64,000 nucleotides of DNA from Nannocystis bainbridge (lineage in GTDB: Bacteria; Myxococcota_A; Polyangia; Nannocystales; Nannocystaceae): contig NZ_JAQNDL010000003.1 in the NCBI RefSeq assembly GCF_028368995.1, forward strand, positions 640,001-704,000, written 5' to 3'. Below the pieces are notes generated by a model. That model did not search any database, had not been told where the DNA came from, and worked only from the letters and a program-made list of their open reading frames with translations. Each line of letters opens with the position of its first letter. The stretch's first letter is position 1. This document shows positions 20,494-32,575 of this stretch, piece after piece. The position numbers and the translations under genes were made by a program.

Positions 20494-20684
20494 GTCGACC
20501 CTGACAGGTCGGTCGCCGCGACGTCGGTTTTGCGCGCGGCAGCGGTGAGTCAGCGCACTGCAATCACCTGCACCCGCGGACATGACCCAAAAGACAGCCG
20601 CCAGCCTGTCGGCTCGGCGACGACTTCGGCTAAAACCCGTGGACGGGGCGACCGCGAATTTCCCGCCCCGCACGGAGACAGGCG

Positions 20685-21856
<1,172 letters not shown>

Positions 21857-21857
<1 letters not shown>

Positions 21858-21940
21858 GCCTGGCTCTCGCGGCATGTCCGTGAGGGCATGAACCAAGGGA
21901 CATGCCCGTTCGGGCATGTCCCTTGATGCACGTCCCGGCC
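21857..21940. repeat. 14-bp phased array, 5-6 units
   Basis: Cores at 21857, 21871, 21885, 21899, 21913, 21927. Confidence 0.9.
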
Positions 21941-21959
21941 GCGGCCGGCGCGGCCCGCC

Positions 21960-23093
21960 TCAGCGGTCCTCGCGGATCCGCCGGGCCAACTCCTCGTGCT
22001 CCGGGTACGGCGGCACGATCACCTCCGGCTCCGGCGCGCGCAGGGCCTCGGGCGCCGCGAACAGATCGGCGACCAGCCCGGGCGCCGCCTTCGGCTTCGC
22101 CGGCCCGAGCACCCGGTCGCGGTGGCGCGGCGCGTAGGCCTGCTTGAGCGCGACCACCCGCCGCAGCGCCGGCTCGACCAGCGCGTCGGGCAGGTGCTCG
22201 AGCAGGCGCAGCGACTCGTCGCGGAGATCGGCCTTGCTGCACACCAGCAGCGCGTCGAGCCCGGCCTCGAGGCTCCAGCGGACCCGCTGCTCCGGGGTGA
22301 AGTGATCGGCGACCGCCTTCATCTCGAGGTCGTCGCTGAACACCACCCCGTCGTAGCCGAGCTCGCCGCGCAGCAACTGCATCACCGGCGGCGACAGGGT
22401 CGCCGGCCGCTTGCGGTCGAGCGCCTCGAACAGCACGTGGGCCGACATGACGCTGGCGACCCCGGCCTTGGCCGCGGCGGCGAACGGGACCAGCTCGACC
22501 TCCCGCAGGCGGTCGAGATCGTGCGGCAGGCGGGGCAGCTCGAGGTGGCTGTCGGAGCGAGTGTCGCCGTGCCCCGGGAAATGCTTGGCGCACGCGGCCA
22601 CCCCGGCCCCCTGCATCGCCGTGACGAAGGCCGCGGCGTGGCGGGCCACCCGGGCCGGCTCGGCCGCGAAGCTGCGATCGCCGATCACCGGGTTGGCCGG
22701 GTTGGTGTCGACGTCGACCACCGGCGCGAAGTCGAGGCCGATCCCGAGGTCGGACAGCTCACGCGCCAGCGCCTCGGCCACCGCCGCCGTGGTCGTCGGC
22801 TCGTCGCGCCGCCCGAGCGCTCGCATCGGCGGCCACACGGTCCAGGGGGCCTTGAGGCGCTGAACGCGCCCTCCCTCCTGATCGATGCCCACCAGCAGCG
22901 GCACGTCCGGCGGGGCCGCCTCGTGCAGCGCACGCACCAGCCCGCGCAGCTGCGCCGGACCTTCGATGTTGCGAGCGAAGAGGATCACGCCGCCGATCCG
23001 GCCCTGGCCGAGCAGGCGGGCGAGATCCGGCGGGACCGTCGTCCCCTCGAAGCCGACGAACAAGAGCTGACCGGGCTGCCACCACGACGCCAT
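21960..23093 (-). CDS. nagZ: Beta-N-acetylhexosaminidase (GH3)
   Basis: GVILFARN, IDQEGGRVQR, KHFPGHG..DSH, FSDDLEM. Confidence 0.93.
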   Translation of the reverse strand: MASWWQPGQLLFVGFEGTTVPPDLARLLGQGRIGGVILFARNIEGPAQLRGLVRALHEAAPPDVPLLVGIDQEGGRVQRLKAPWTVWPPMRALGRRDEPTTTAAVAEALARELSDLGIGLDFAPVVDVDTNPANPVIGDRSFAAEPARVARHAAAFVTAMQGAGVAACAKHFPGHGDTRSDSHLELPRLPHDLDRLREVELVPFAAAAKAGVASVMSAHVLFEALDRKRPATLSPPVMQLLRGELGYDGVVFSDDLEMKAVADHFTPEQRVRWSLEAGLDALLVCSKADLRDESLRLLEHLPDALVEPALRRVVALKQAYAPRHRDRVLGPAKPKAAPGLVADLFAAPEALRAPEPEVIVPPYPEHEELARRIREDR

Positions 23094-23271
23094 CGCCGCG
23101 AGGGTACGGGGCCGGGGCGCGCGCCGCAAATTGGCCGCCGGCCCCGAAAGCGCCGCACGACGATCGGCCGAACTCCAGCGGCGAGTGACTTGTTCCCGAG
23201 ATTCCCGCGATCGGAGCGAGCGGGCTGGTTGACGCACCACCCCGTGGTTGTTAGCGTCCGGCGCCTCGCCG

Positions 23272-25419
23272 ATGCCGACCTCTCCGTTTTCGCGGCCACA
23301 CCGCCTCTTCTGGCTGATCCCGGCCTTCGGCCTCGTCAACCTGTTCAACGGTTCTTCCACCGCGCACGCGCAGGGCCCCATGGGCGGCGGCATGGGCATG
23401 GGCGGAGGAGGCATGGGCGGCATGGGCCCGATGGGCGGCGGCGGCATGCCGGGCCAGGGCGGCCAGGGCGGCGACAAGAAGAAGGAAGGCCCCGCCGAGG
23501 CGGCGCCGAAGGACAAGAAGGCGCTGCAGCCGATCGAGCCGGTGCCGGCGCAGCCCCGCGGCCTGCGGCAGCTGCAGCTGTTCGAGCTGCACGGCTACAT
23601 GCGCATGCGCGCCGACTACTTCCACCGCCTCGACCTCGGCGGCGGCAAGAGCAACCAGTCGACGATCGGCACCAACTACGCCGACAACGCCGCGCTCGAG
23701 AACCCGTACTTCGTGCCGCCGTCGGTCGCGGCCGAGACGGTCGGCGGCTTCGGCGAGGGCGCGACCGCCAGCGACGTCAACTGCGTCGGCTCGCTGACCG
23801 GCCTCGGCATCAACGCCAGCAAGGCCAGCCGCCGCTGCGGCCGCCGCAACGGGTTCGCCAGCGCCAACATGCGCTTCCGCATCGAGCCCACGCTGCACAT
23901 CACCGACACCGTCAAGGTCCACGCGCAGCTCGACGCGCTCGACAACATGGTCCTCGGCAGCACGCCGGACTCGCTGCTCGGCGACAACCCCAACGCGCCG
24001 ATCGACCTGTTCACGCGCACCCAGCTGCCGCCGTCGGACATGCGCAACAGCGGCCGCGACAGCATCGTCGTCAAGCGCGCGTACGGCCACATCCGCTTCG
24101 GCTGGGGCCTCGACATCAAGTTCGGCCGCATGCCGCACCACTGGGGCATGGGCATCGTCGCCAACGACGGCAACGGCTACTACCGTGGCGAGGCGGCCGA
24201 CATCGTCCGCATGCTCGACATGGACTACGGCGACTCGGTCGACTCGCTGCGCCTCGGGTTCGACTTCGGCAAGGACCGCCGCAGCACCCACACGCTCGAG
24301 TTCTCGTGGGACTGGGCCTCGAGCGGCCCGACCACCGCGCAGATCTTCGGCCCGTACTACGGCCCGTACCAGCAGGACCACACCACCGGTCAGACCTTCA
24401 GCGTCGAGAAGTTCGACAACGTCTATCAGTGGCGCCTGTCGATCCTCCGCCGCGACGACCCGGCCATGCTGCAGCGCAAGCTGTCGCTCGGGCGCCCGGT
24501 CATCAACTACGGTGCGATCGTGTGGGCCCGTTACCAGGCGGTCGACCGCGTCACCGGCACCCCCGGCATCGGCATCGACCCCCAGCAGAACGACATCTAC
24601 GGCTCCGACATCGGCAGCTCGGGCAACCAGTACTACGACCAGCTGCAGGACTACGCCAACGTCCTGGTCCGCCGGCGCGCGCTGGTGTTCACGCCCGACG
24701 TGTGGTTCCGCGTCAACTGGAAGACCCTCCGCGTCGAGCTCGAGGGCGCCGCCGTGCTCGGCCGGTTCCATGAGATCAACGACCGCGGCGCGTTCGACAT
24801 CTCGCAGGGCAACGACCGCGACGACGTCTATACGATCAACGGCCCCGACATGGGCCGCCGCTGGCTGACCCAGTTCGGCTACGCGCTCGAGTTCAAGTAC
24901 GGCCTGTTCAAGGACAAGTTCCACCTCGGCCTCGACCACGGGTTCGCCTCCGGCGACAACGACCCGCGGTTCCGCTACAACACCCCGTGGAACTCGAACC
25001 TCGACGATCGCACGTGGTCGAAGTTCCGCTTCAACCCGGCCTACTTCTCCGACCTGCTGCTGTTCCGCGAGCTGCTCGGCACCGCCAGCAACGCCGCGTA
25101 CTTCAAGCCCTGGCTGGCGTTCTACTTCTTCGACAACAACTTCTCCGGCCGCCTCGACATCGAGTACGCCGTCGCCCCCCAGAAGATCAACACGTGGGGC
25201 AACAAGGCCAACTACGGCCTCGAGATCGACGCGGCGTTCCGCTACCACGACCGCCAGGAGCCGATCTTCTTCCAGATCCAGTACGGCGTGATGTTCCCGT
25301 TCGGCGCGTTCAACCGCGGCGTCGAGTACAGCCCCGACGGCACCCTCGCCGGCCTGCCCAACAACGGCGACCCCAAGGCCGCCCAGACCGTGCAAGCCCA
25401 GCTCGGCATCCGCTTCTAG
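23272..25419 (+). CDS. Myxobacterial outer-membrane beta-barrel protein (TIGR04551-like)
   Basis: Signal peptide AHA-Q, HGYMRMR, GRMPHHWGMG, aromatic beta-strands, C-terminal Phe (LGIRF). Confidence 0.75.
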   Translation: MPTSPFSRPHRLFWLIPAFGLVNLFNGSSTAHAQGPMGGGMGMGGGGMGGMGPMGGGGMPGQGGQGGDKKKEGPAEAAPKDKKALQPIEPVPAQPRGLRQLQLFELHGYMRMRADYFHRLDLGGGKSNQSTIGTNYADNAALENPYFVPPSVAAETVGGFGEGATASDVNCVGSLTGLGINASKASRRCGRRNGFASANMRFRIEPTLHITDTVKVHAQLDALDNMVLGSTPDSLLGDNPNAPIDLFTRTQLPPSDMRNSGRDSIVVKRAYGHIRFGWGLDIKFGRMPHHWGMGIVANDGNGYYRGEAADIVRMLDMDYGDSVDSLRLGFDFGKDRRSTHTLEFSWDWASSGPTTAQIFGPYYGPYQQDHTTGQTFSVEKFDNVYQWRLSILRRDDPAMLQRKLSLGRPVINYGAIVWARYQAVDRVTGTPGIGIDPQQNDIYGSDIGSSGNQYYDQLQDYANVLVRRRALVFTPDVWFRVNWKTLRVELEGAAVLGRFHEINDRGAFDISQGNDRDDVYTINGPDMGRRWLTQFGYALEFKYGLFKDKFHLGLDHGFASGDNDPRFRYNTPWNSNLDDRTWSKFRFNPAYFSDLLLFRELLGTASNAAYFKPWLAFYFFDNNFSGRLDIEYAVAPQKINTWGNKANYGLEIDAAFRYHDRQEPIFFQIQYGVMFPFGAFNRGVEYSPDGTLAGLPNNGDPKAAQTVQAQLGIRF

Positions 25420-25666
25420 CAGCGGGCCGGCGGCCGGACCCGCTTGCGACGGGTCCGGAGCCCTGCACACGCACGACACGACGCCGCGACCCCGCGACGA
25501 CGGATCGGCCTCCTCCCGCGCCAGGCCCTGCGCGCCGCGAGGGCGCCATCCTCGTCTGCGAGCCCGTGCGCGCGGGTTCATGCCGCAGAGCTTGCCCCGT
25601 CCCGGCGGTCGACGTAGACCTGCTCGCAACCCGGTCCGCCCGCGACCTGCGCTCGGCCGGTCGCCT

Positions 25667-25722
25667 CATCTGTCCCTCGCGCCATGTCCCTCGCGACATG
25701 TCCCGCGCGACATGTTCTAAAA
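25667..25722. repeat. 14-bp phased array immediately upstream of radA
   Basis: Cores at 25667, 25681, 25695, 25709. Confidence 0.88.
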
Positions 25723-25735
25723 AGACACAGGTCCC

Positions 25736-27124
25736 ATGAGCAAGGTCAAAAAGCCCCAGCAGCGCTGGGTGTGCCAGGCGTGCGGCGCGGTCTCGTCCGG
25801 GTGGTACGGCAAGTGCCCGGCCTGCGACGCCTGGAACTCGATCGAGGAGGAGGTCGCGGCCCCGTCGCCCGGCGAGCGGCCGGCCGGTCCGGGCAAGGTG
25901 GTGGCCTCGACGGAGGCGCAGACGATCGTCGACCGCCAGCCCCGCCGCCCGTGCGGCCTGCAGGAGATCGATCGGGTCCTCGGCGGCGGTCTGGTCCCCG
26001 GCAGCGTGGTGCTGCTCGGCGGGCCGCCGGGGATCGGCAAGTCGACGCTGCTGCTGCAGGCCTCGGTCGGGCTCGCGCGGCGCAACGGCGTCGTGCTCTA
26101 CGCCAGCGGCGAGGAGTCGGTGGCCCAGGTCGCGTCCCGCTGCGGTCGCCTCGGCGCCAGCCACCCGGGCCTCCTGCTGATGGCCGAGACCCGCCTCGAA
26201 GAGATCTTGAGCACCGCCCAGGAGCGCGCCAAGACCCTCGCCGCCCTCATCGTCGACTCGGTCCAGACCGTGCACAGCGGCGCCCAGGACGGCCTGCCGG
26301 GCAACATCAGCCAGATCCGCGCCGTCACCTCGGCCCTGGTCGGCTTCGCCAAGACCCACGGCGTCCCCGTCGTCGTCGTCGGCCACGTCACCAAGGACGG
26401 CCAGCTCGCCGGCCCGCGCCTGCTCGAGCACCTGGTCGACGCCGTGCTCTCGTTCGAGGGCGACGAGGAGCGGGCGATCCGCATGCTGCGGGCCACCAAG
26501 AACCGCTACGGCAGCACCCAGGAGCTCGGCGTGTTCGAGATGCGCGGCGACGGCCTGCGCGAGATCACCAACCCCTCCGAGGCCTTCATCACCGACCGCG
26601 ACAGCCCCGCGATCGGCTCGTGCATCACCGCCAGCCTCGAGGGCTCGCGCCCGCTGCTGCTCGAGGTCCAGGCGCTGCTGGCCGCCGCGTTCGGCAACCC
26701 GCGCCGCACCTGCGTCGGCGTCGACCCGGTCCGCCTCGCCATGCTGCTCGCCGTGCTCGACCGCCACGCCGGCGTGTTCGCCCTCGACCAGGACGTGTTC
26801 GTCAACGTCGTCGGCGGCATGCGCCTCGGCGAGCCCGCCAGCGACCTCGCGGTCCTGCTCGCCGTCGCCTCCTCGCACCGCCGCCAGCCGCTCCCGCCCG
26901 GCCTGTGCGTGTTCGGCGAGGTCGGCCTCACCGGCGAGCTGCGCCCCGCGCCTCGCACCGACGCTCGCCTGTCCGAGGCCGCCCGCCTGGGCATGAAGCG
27001 GGTGCTCCTTCCGACAGGTCCCAAACAACATGCCCTTTCGGCCAGGAAGCTGAAAGAGCAGCTCGACGTCGAGGTCCGCCTGGCCCGCACCGTCGGCGAG
27101 GCGCTCGATCTGGCGTTCAGCTGA
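25736..27124 (+). CDS. radA: DNA repair protein RadA/Sms
   Basis: CQAC...CPAC Zn finger, GPPGIGKSTL, GHVTKDG..AGP..LEHLVD, KNRYG, Lon-like C-terminus. Confidence 0.96.
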   Translation: MSKVKKPQQRWVCQACGAVSSGWYGKCPACDAWNSIEEEVAAPSPGERPAGPGKVVASTEAQTIVDRQPRRPCGLQEIDRVLGGGLVPGSVVLLGGPPGIGKSTLLLQASVGLARRNGVVLYASGEESVAQVASRCGRLGASHPGLLLMAETRLEEILSTAQERAKTLAALIVDSVQTVHSGAQDGLPGNISQIRAVTSALVGFAKTHGVPVVVVGHVTKDGQLAGPRLLEHLVDAVLSFEGDEERAIRMLRATKNRYGSTQELGVFEMRGDGLREITNPSEAFITDRDSPAIGSCITASLEGSRPLLLEVQALLAAAFGNPRRTCVGVDPVRLAMLLAVLDRHAGVFALDQDVFVNVVGGMRLGEPASDLAVLLAVASSHRRQPLPPGLCVFGEVGLTGELRPAPRTDARLSEAARLGMKRVLLPTGPKQHALSARKLKEQLDVEVRLARTVGEALDLAFS

Positions 27125-27291
27125 GCCTCACGGCGTCCGCGTCAGCCGGCGCCCTCGCGCGCCTCAGCGGCAGGAGGCACCTGCTTCAATGCAAGCGGCC
27201 CCCTGCCCTCGCGCGCTTCCACGGCAGGACGCGAGGGCCGAGCCCTGCGCGCGCCTCTTCGTCACCGGGGCTCACACGCGCCGGCGTCCGC

Positions 27292-28374
27292 TCAGCGCAT
27301 GCACACGCGAGCGCGCAGCTTCGGGTCGTCGCCGAGCCCTTCGCGCGCCTCGACCGTCACGCCCGGGAACGGCATCCACTCGTCGTACGACGTGCCCATG
27401 TACTTGCTCGAGTGTGGCACCAGCACGAACCCGCCGGCGAGCTGCGGCACCCAGTCCTTCGGCTCGCCGAGCGGCTTGAGGTCGATCGGCTCGATCCCCG
27501 AGTTGCCGTCGCCGACGAAATCGACGATCCCGAGCGGCTGCGAGGCCGCCTGGACCGGCTGGGGATCGCCGCCCCAATCCATGGCGCACCCGTTCCCGAC
27601 CTGGGCCCCGCACTCGAAGCAGTGGAACGACGCCAGCCCGTTGGCGCAGCCGGTCGCCCCGTCGCCGTCGCCCTCGTCCCACTCCAGGCTCGCGTCCAGC
27701 ACGTGGACGGCGAACTTCAGGTCGCTGTGGACGTTCTTCTGGTACTGCGCCCACATCTCGAGGTGGATCGACTCGATCTGCTCGGACTCGATCGGCCCGT
27801 TCTTCGACACCAGCCGGCCGTCCTGTAGCGGGAACCGCAGCGCCATCACGCTGGTGCCGGTATACGCGGGGCCGATGTTGCCGTTGTCTTTGAACAGCGA
27901 CACCGTCGGCGCCCTGCCGAAGCTGACGTGCTTGCACTCCAGCATGGAGTACTCGACCGGCAGGTCGCTGAGCGTGCAGCCCGTGCCGACGCCGTCGTTC
28001 GCGTCGCTGAAGAACGTGTCGGCCGCGACCGGGACGTCGACGAAGCAACAGCCCTCCATGTCGAGCTGATCGCCGGGGCACAGGAACGGCTCGCCGGTGG
28101 TCTCGGTCGTCGGGTTCGGCCCGGTCGTCGTGCTGGGGTCCGACGACACGGTCGACGTGATGTCGTCGGTGGTGCTGGTCGTGGTCGGCGGATCGCCCGT
28201 CACGGTGACCGGCGGATCGAGCGTGGTCGGCTCGCTCGGGCCGACCGAAGTCATGCTCTGCGAGCTGCTGTCGGTGACGGGGTCCCAGGTGTCGAGGAAC
28301 AGCGGGTTCGGCTTCGAACAGCCGCCTGCGAGCGCCCCGCCCAGGAGGATCGCCGTGAACGAGCTCCGCGTCAT
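27292..28374 (-). CDS. Lipoprotein with Thr-rich linker and Cys-containing DNRLRE/CBM-like domain
   Basis: Lipobox AGGC, T-rich tract, VAADTF...WDEG...DPKL pattern. Confidence 0.75.
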   Translation of the reverse strand: MTRSSFTAILLGGALAGGCSKPNPLFLDTWDPVTDSSSQSMTSVGPSEPTTLDPPVTVTGDPPTTTSTTDDITSTVSSDPSTTTGPNPTTETTGEPFLCPGDQLDMEGCCFVDVPVAADTFFSDANDGVGTGCTLSDLPVEYSMLECKHVSFGRAPTVSLFKDNGNIGPAYTGTSVMALRFPLQDGRLVSKNGPIESEQIESIHLEMWAQYQKNVHSDLKFAVHVLDASLEWDEGDGDGATGCANGLASFHCFECGAQVGNGCAMDWGGDPQPVQAASQPLGIVDFVGDGNSGIEPIDLKPLGEPKDWVPQLAGGFVLVPHSSKYMGTSYDEWMPFPGVTVEAREGLGDDPKLRARVCMR

Positions 28375-28496
28375 CGAACACCCACCCTAACACAAACGCC
28401 CCGGGTTCGCCGCTGCGGCGGGGCCGGCGGCACCTGAGCGCGTTTTGATCCCCGGTCCTCCTCGCAATTTGCGCCGGCCTCGACTACATCGCCTGA

Positions 28497-29939
28497 ATGT
28501 CCGGCGCACCCGAGCTCTACGACATCTACGAGCGCTCCAACGAGGCCGTCACCCAGGAGTTCGACGTCCGCCTCCCGCTGTGCGAGGGCGCCGTCCCCGA
28601 CGAGCTGCGCGGCGTGTTGTTCCGCAACGGCCCCGGGCGGCTCGAGCTGTACGGCCATCGCTACGGGCATTTGTTCGACGGCGACGGGCACATCAACCGC
28701 TTCGCCTTTGACGGTCGTGGGGTCACCTACCGCAACCGCTACGTCCGCACTCGCGAGTTTCTCGCCGAGGAGTCGGCCCGGCGGATCCTCTTTCGCAACT
28801 TCGGCACCAACATCCCCGGCGGCCTGCTGAAGAACCTCCTGCGCACCCGGTTCAAGAACGTCGCCAACACCAGCGTCGTCCTCCACGGCGGCAAGCTGCT
28901 CGCGCTGTGGGAGGCCGGCTGGCCGCACCGGCTCGACCCCGGCAACCTCGACACCCTCGCCCGCGACGACCTCGGCGGCGCCCTGGAGAACCCCGGCAGC
29001 TTCATCGAGCGCATGGTCGCCCCCGAGCTGCCGTTCAGCGCCCACCCCAAGGTCTGCCCCGTCACCGGCGAGCTCTTCAATTTCGGCCTGGCCGCCACCG
29101 GCACCCGCTCGCGCCTGTGCCTCTACCGCGTCGACGCCAGCGGGCGGGCCGCCCGGCCCGAGTTCATCGACCTGCCGGGTGGTTACTTCATCCACGACTT
29201 CGTGCTGACCGCCCGCCATCGCGTCTTCTTCCTCACGCCGACCGCCTTCGACCTGCGCAAGATGCTGCTCGGCCTGGCGCCGCCGGTGCAGACCATGCGC
29301 GCCCTGCCCGGGCCGACGCAGATCCTCGTCGTCGACCGCGACAGCACCGCGCACCGCCGCACCGAGACCAGCGGCTGCTTCATCTTCCACTTCCCCAACG
29401 GCTTCGAGGACGAGCACGGCACGATCTTCGTCGACGGCTTCCGCATGCAGCGGTTCCCCGACCTCAACCCGCGGCCCGACCGGCCCGAGGATCACGTCAA
29501 GCCGTACCTCACGCGCTACCGCATCGACCCGGACGGCGGCGTCAGCGAGCAGACGCTCACCGATCACACCGGCGAGCTCGGCACGATCCGCCAGGACCGC
29601 ATCAGCCGACGCCACCGCTACGCCTGGTCGATCGGCTCCGCCCCCGGCCGCAAGGCCCCGTTCTCGACCGGTCTCCTCAAGATCGACTGCGACGCCGCCA
29701 CCACCACGTTCCGCGACTTCGGCCCCGCCCTCGCCGGCGAGCCGGTGTTCGTGCCCCGCCCCGGAGGCGCCGACGAGGACGACGGCTGGCTGCTGTCGAT
29801 GCACTACGTCGACGACGAGCGCGCCAACCACCTGCTGGTCCTCGACGCCCGCGACCTCGCCACCGTCGCCCGCCTGCGCTTGCCCCACGCCACGCCGCTC
29901 GGCTTCCACGGCACCTTCGTGGCCGACGCCGAGGACTGA
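28497..29939 (+). CDS. Carotenoid oxygenase (RPE65/CCD family)
   Basis: G.VPDEL.G.LFRNGPG, H.FDGDG, SAHPK, IHDF, FHFPN, EPVFVPR..EDDG, PLGFHG (four Fe-binding His). Confidence 0.93.
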   Translation: MSGAPELYDIYERSNEAVTQEFDVRLPLCEGAVPDELRGVLFRNGPGRLELYGHRYGHLFDGDGHINRFAFDGRGVTYRNRYVRTREFLAEESARRILFRNFGTNIPGGLLKNLLRTRFKNVANTSVVLHGGKLLALWEAGWPHRLDPGNLDTLARDDLGGALENPGSFIERMVAPELPFSAHPKVCPVTGELFNFGLAATGTRSRLCLYRVDASGRAARPEFIDLPGGYFIHDFVLTARHRVFFLTPTAFDLRKMLLGLAPPVQTMRALPGPTQILVVDRDSTAHRRTETSGCFIFHFPNGFEDEHGTIFVDGFRMQRFPDLNPRPDRPEDHVKPYLTRYRIDPDGGVSEQTLTDHTGELGTIRQDRISRRHRYAWSIGSAPGRKAPFSTGLLKIDCDAATTTFRDFGPALAGEPVFVPRPGGADEDDGWLLSMHYVDDERANHLLVLDARDLATVARLRLPHATPLGFHGTFVADAED

Positions 29940-29946
29940 CGCTTCG

Positions 29947-30016
29947 GACATGCCCTCGAGGACATGCCCTTTCGCGCATGTCCGTGCGGGCATGTCCCCT
30001 GCGACATGCCTCGAAG
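29947..30016. repeat. 14-bp phased array, 5 units
   Basis: Cores at 29947, 29961, 29975, 29989, 30003. Confidence 0.92.
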
Positions 30017-30064
30017 ACGACCCGGGCGCGCGCCCTCGCGCTCGTTAGGAAAAGACGACGGTCG

Positions 30065-30934
30065 TCACAGCAGCGGCCGCAGGTGCTCGCGGGCCCACGC
30101 GTCCAGGCTCGTCGGCGTCGTCGTCGCCGCGGTCCTTCGATCTTCGGCGACGAAGCCCTCGCGCATCCCGGCCGCCATGCCGACGATCGCCTCGATCTGC
30201 GGCTTCGACATGCCGGCCTGCGCCAGCGCGGCGCGGACCTCGTCGTCGGAGCTCTGGACCGCCGCGATGCGCCGGCCCAGCGCCTGCGACAGCACGCCCG
30301 CCGCCTCGACGAAGCTGAGGTCGCGCGGGCCGTGGACCGCCTGCACCTGGCGGCCGGTCCACGTCGTCGAGAGCAACCGCGCCGCCGCCACCTCGCCGAT
30401 GTCGCGCGGATCGACCCACGGCAGCGGGCGATCGATCGCCATCGCGGTCGCCAGCACGCCGCCGCGGAGCGACTCCACCTCGAGCAGCAAGTTGGTGAAG
30501 AAATAGCCGCAGCGCAGGTGCGTGACCGCCACGCCGAGCCCGTCGAGCGCGACCTCGGTCGCGGCCAGCCCGTCGATGTCGCCCATCCCGTGGCGCCTCT
30601 CGGCGCCGACGCTCGACTGGAAGACCACGCGCGGGATGGCGTTCTCCCGCACCGCGCGGACCAGGTTGGCGGCCAGCCGCGCGTAACCTTCGAGCGGGTC
30701 GTCGGCGCCGGTCGGCGGCGCCACCCAGTACAGCGCCGTCGCGCCCCGCGTGGCGGCGACGACGGCGTCGGCGTCGAGTTGGTCGGCCTCGACGACCTCG
30801 ACCCGCTCGCGCAGCGCGGCGTCGATGCGGGCGGCGCTGCGCACCAGCACCCGGGGTCGTTCGCCGGCCTGGACCAGCAGGTGGGTCACGCGCGAGCCGA
30901 CATGCCCGGTCGGCGTGGTCACGACGATGCTCAT
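30065..30934 (-). CDS. NmrA-like NAD(P)-binding protein
   Basis: TPTGHVGS Rossmann motif, VDPRDIG, GPRDLS, TPTSL..WA. Confidence 0.88.
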   Translation of the reverse strand: MSIVVTTPTGHVGSRVTHLLVQAGERPRVLVRSAARIDAALRERVEVVEADQLDADAVVAATRGATALYWVAPPTGADDPLEGYARLAANLVRAVRENAIPRVVFQSSVGAERRHGMGDIDGLAATEVALDGLGVAVTHLRCGYFFTNLLLEVESLRGGVLATAMAIDRPLPWVDPRDIGEVAAARLLSTTWTGRQVQAVHGPRDLSFVEAAGVLSQALGRRIAAVQSSDDEVRAALAQAGMSKPQIEAIVGMAAGMREGFVAEDRRTAATTTPTSLDAWAREHLRPLL

Positions 30935-30946
30935 GGCGCTCCCCTC

Positions 30947-31126
30947 TCTGTCTCTTGGGTCATGTCACAGACCGCACGGCGCGACGCGCCGTACTGTCTC
31001 TCGGGTCATATCACCGACCGCACAGCGCGACGCGCCGTGCTGACTCTTAAGCCATGCCGCCGCCCGCACGGCGCGGTGACTCTCTCTGTCTCTTGGGTCA
31101 TGTCACCGCCCGCACGGCGCGACGAC
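30947..31126. repeat. Tandem repeat, 4 x 46 bp, each carrying one 14-bp dyad (CTGTCTCTTGGGTCATG)
   Basis: CTG at 30948, 30994, 31040, 31086. Confidence 0.88.
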
Positions 31127-31177
31127 CTTGAACGGTAGCGTCGCGCCGCTGGCTCGCGTGGCCAGCCGGCGGGGCCT

Positions 31178-32404
<1,227 letters not shown>

Positions 32405-32448
32405 GAGCGTTTTGGATCCTCAGTGCGCGGTCTAGCGCCCGCGCATGA

Positions 32449-32477
32449 TCTATAGGAGAACAAGTGTTCCGTATCAA
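32449..32477 (-). promoter_or_regulatory. recA sigma70-type promoter with GAAC-N4-GTTC operator in the spacer
   Basis: Minus strand TTGATA (32477-32472), N17, TATAGA (32454-32449); palindrome GAACAAGTGTTC at 32458-32469. Confidence 0.8.
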
Positions 32478-32575
32478 GCGCTTTCGGCCCTTGAAATCCC
32501 CTGGATCGCCTCCCCGGGCGCTTCTCCCGGTTTTTCGCCGCCGCGCCGGCCTCCGCTCCGGCCGGCGATCCCCGG

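Noticed and set aside
25421-25446. Intrinsic terminator after the outer-membrane protein gene
   Set aside because: An imperfect GC hairpin is present but has no U-tract, and such hairpins are common by chance at this GC content.
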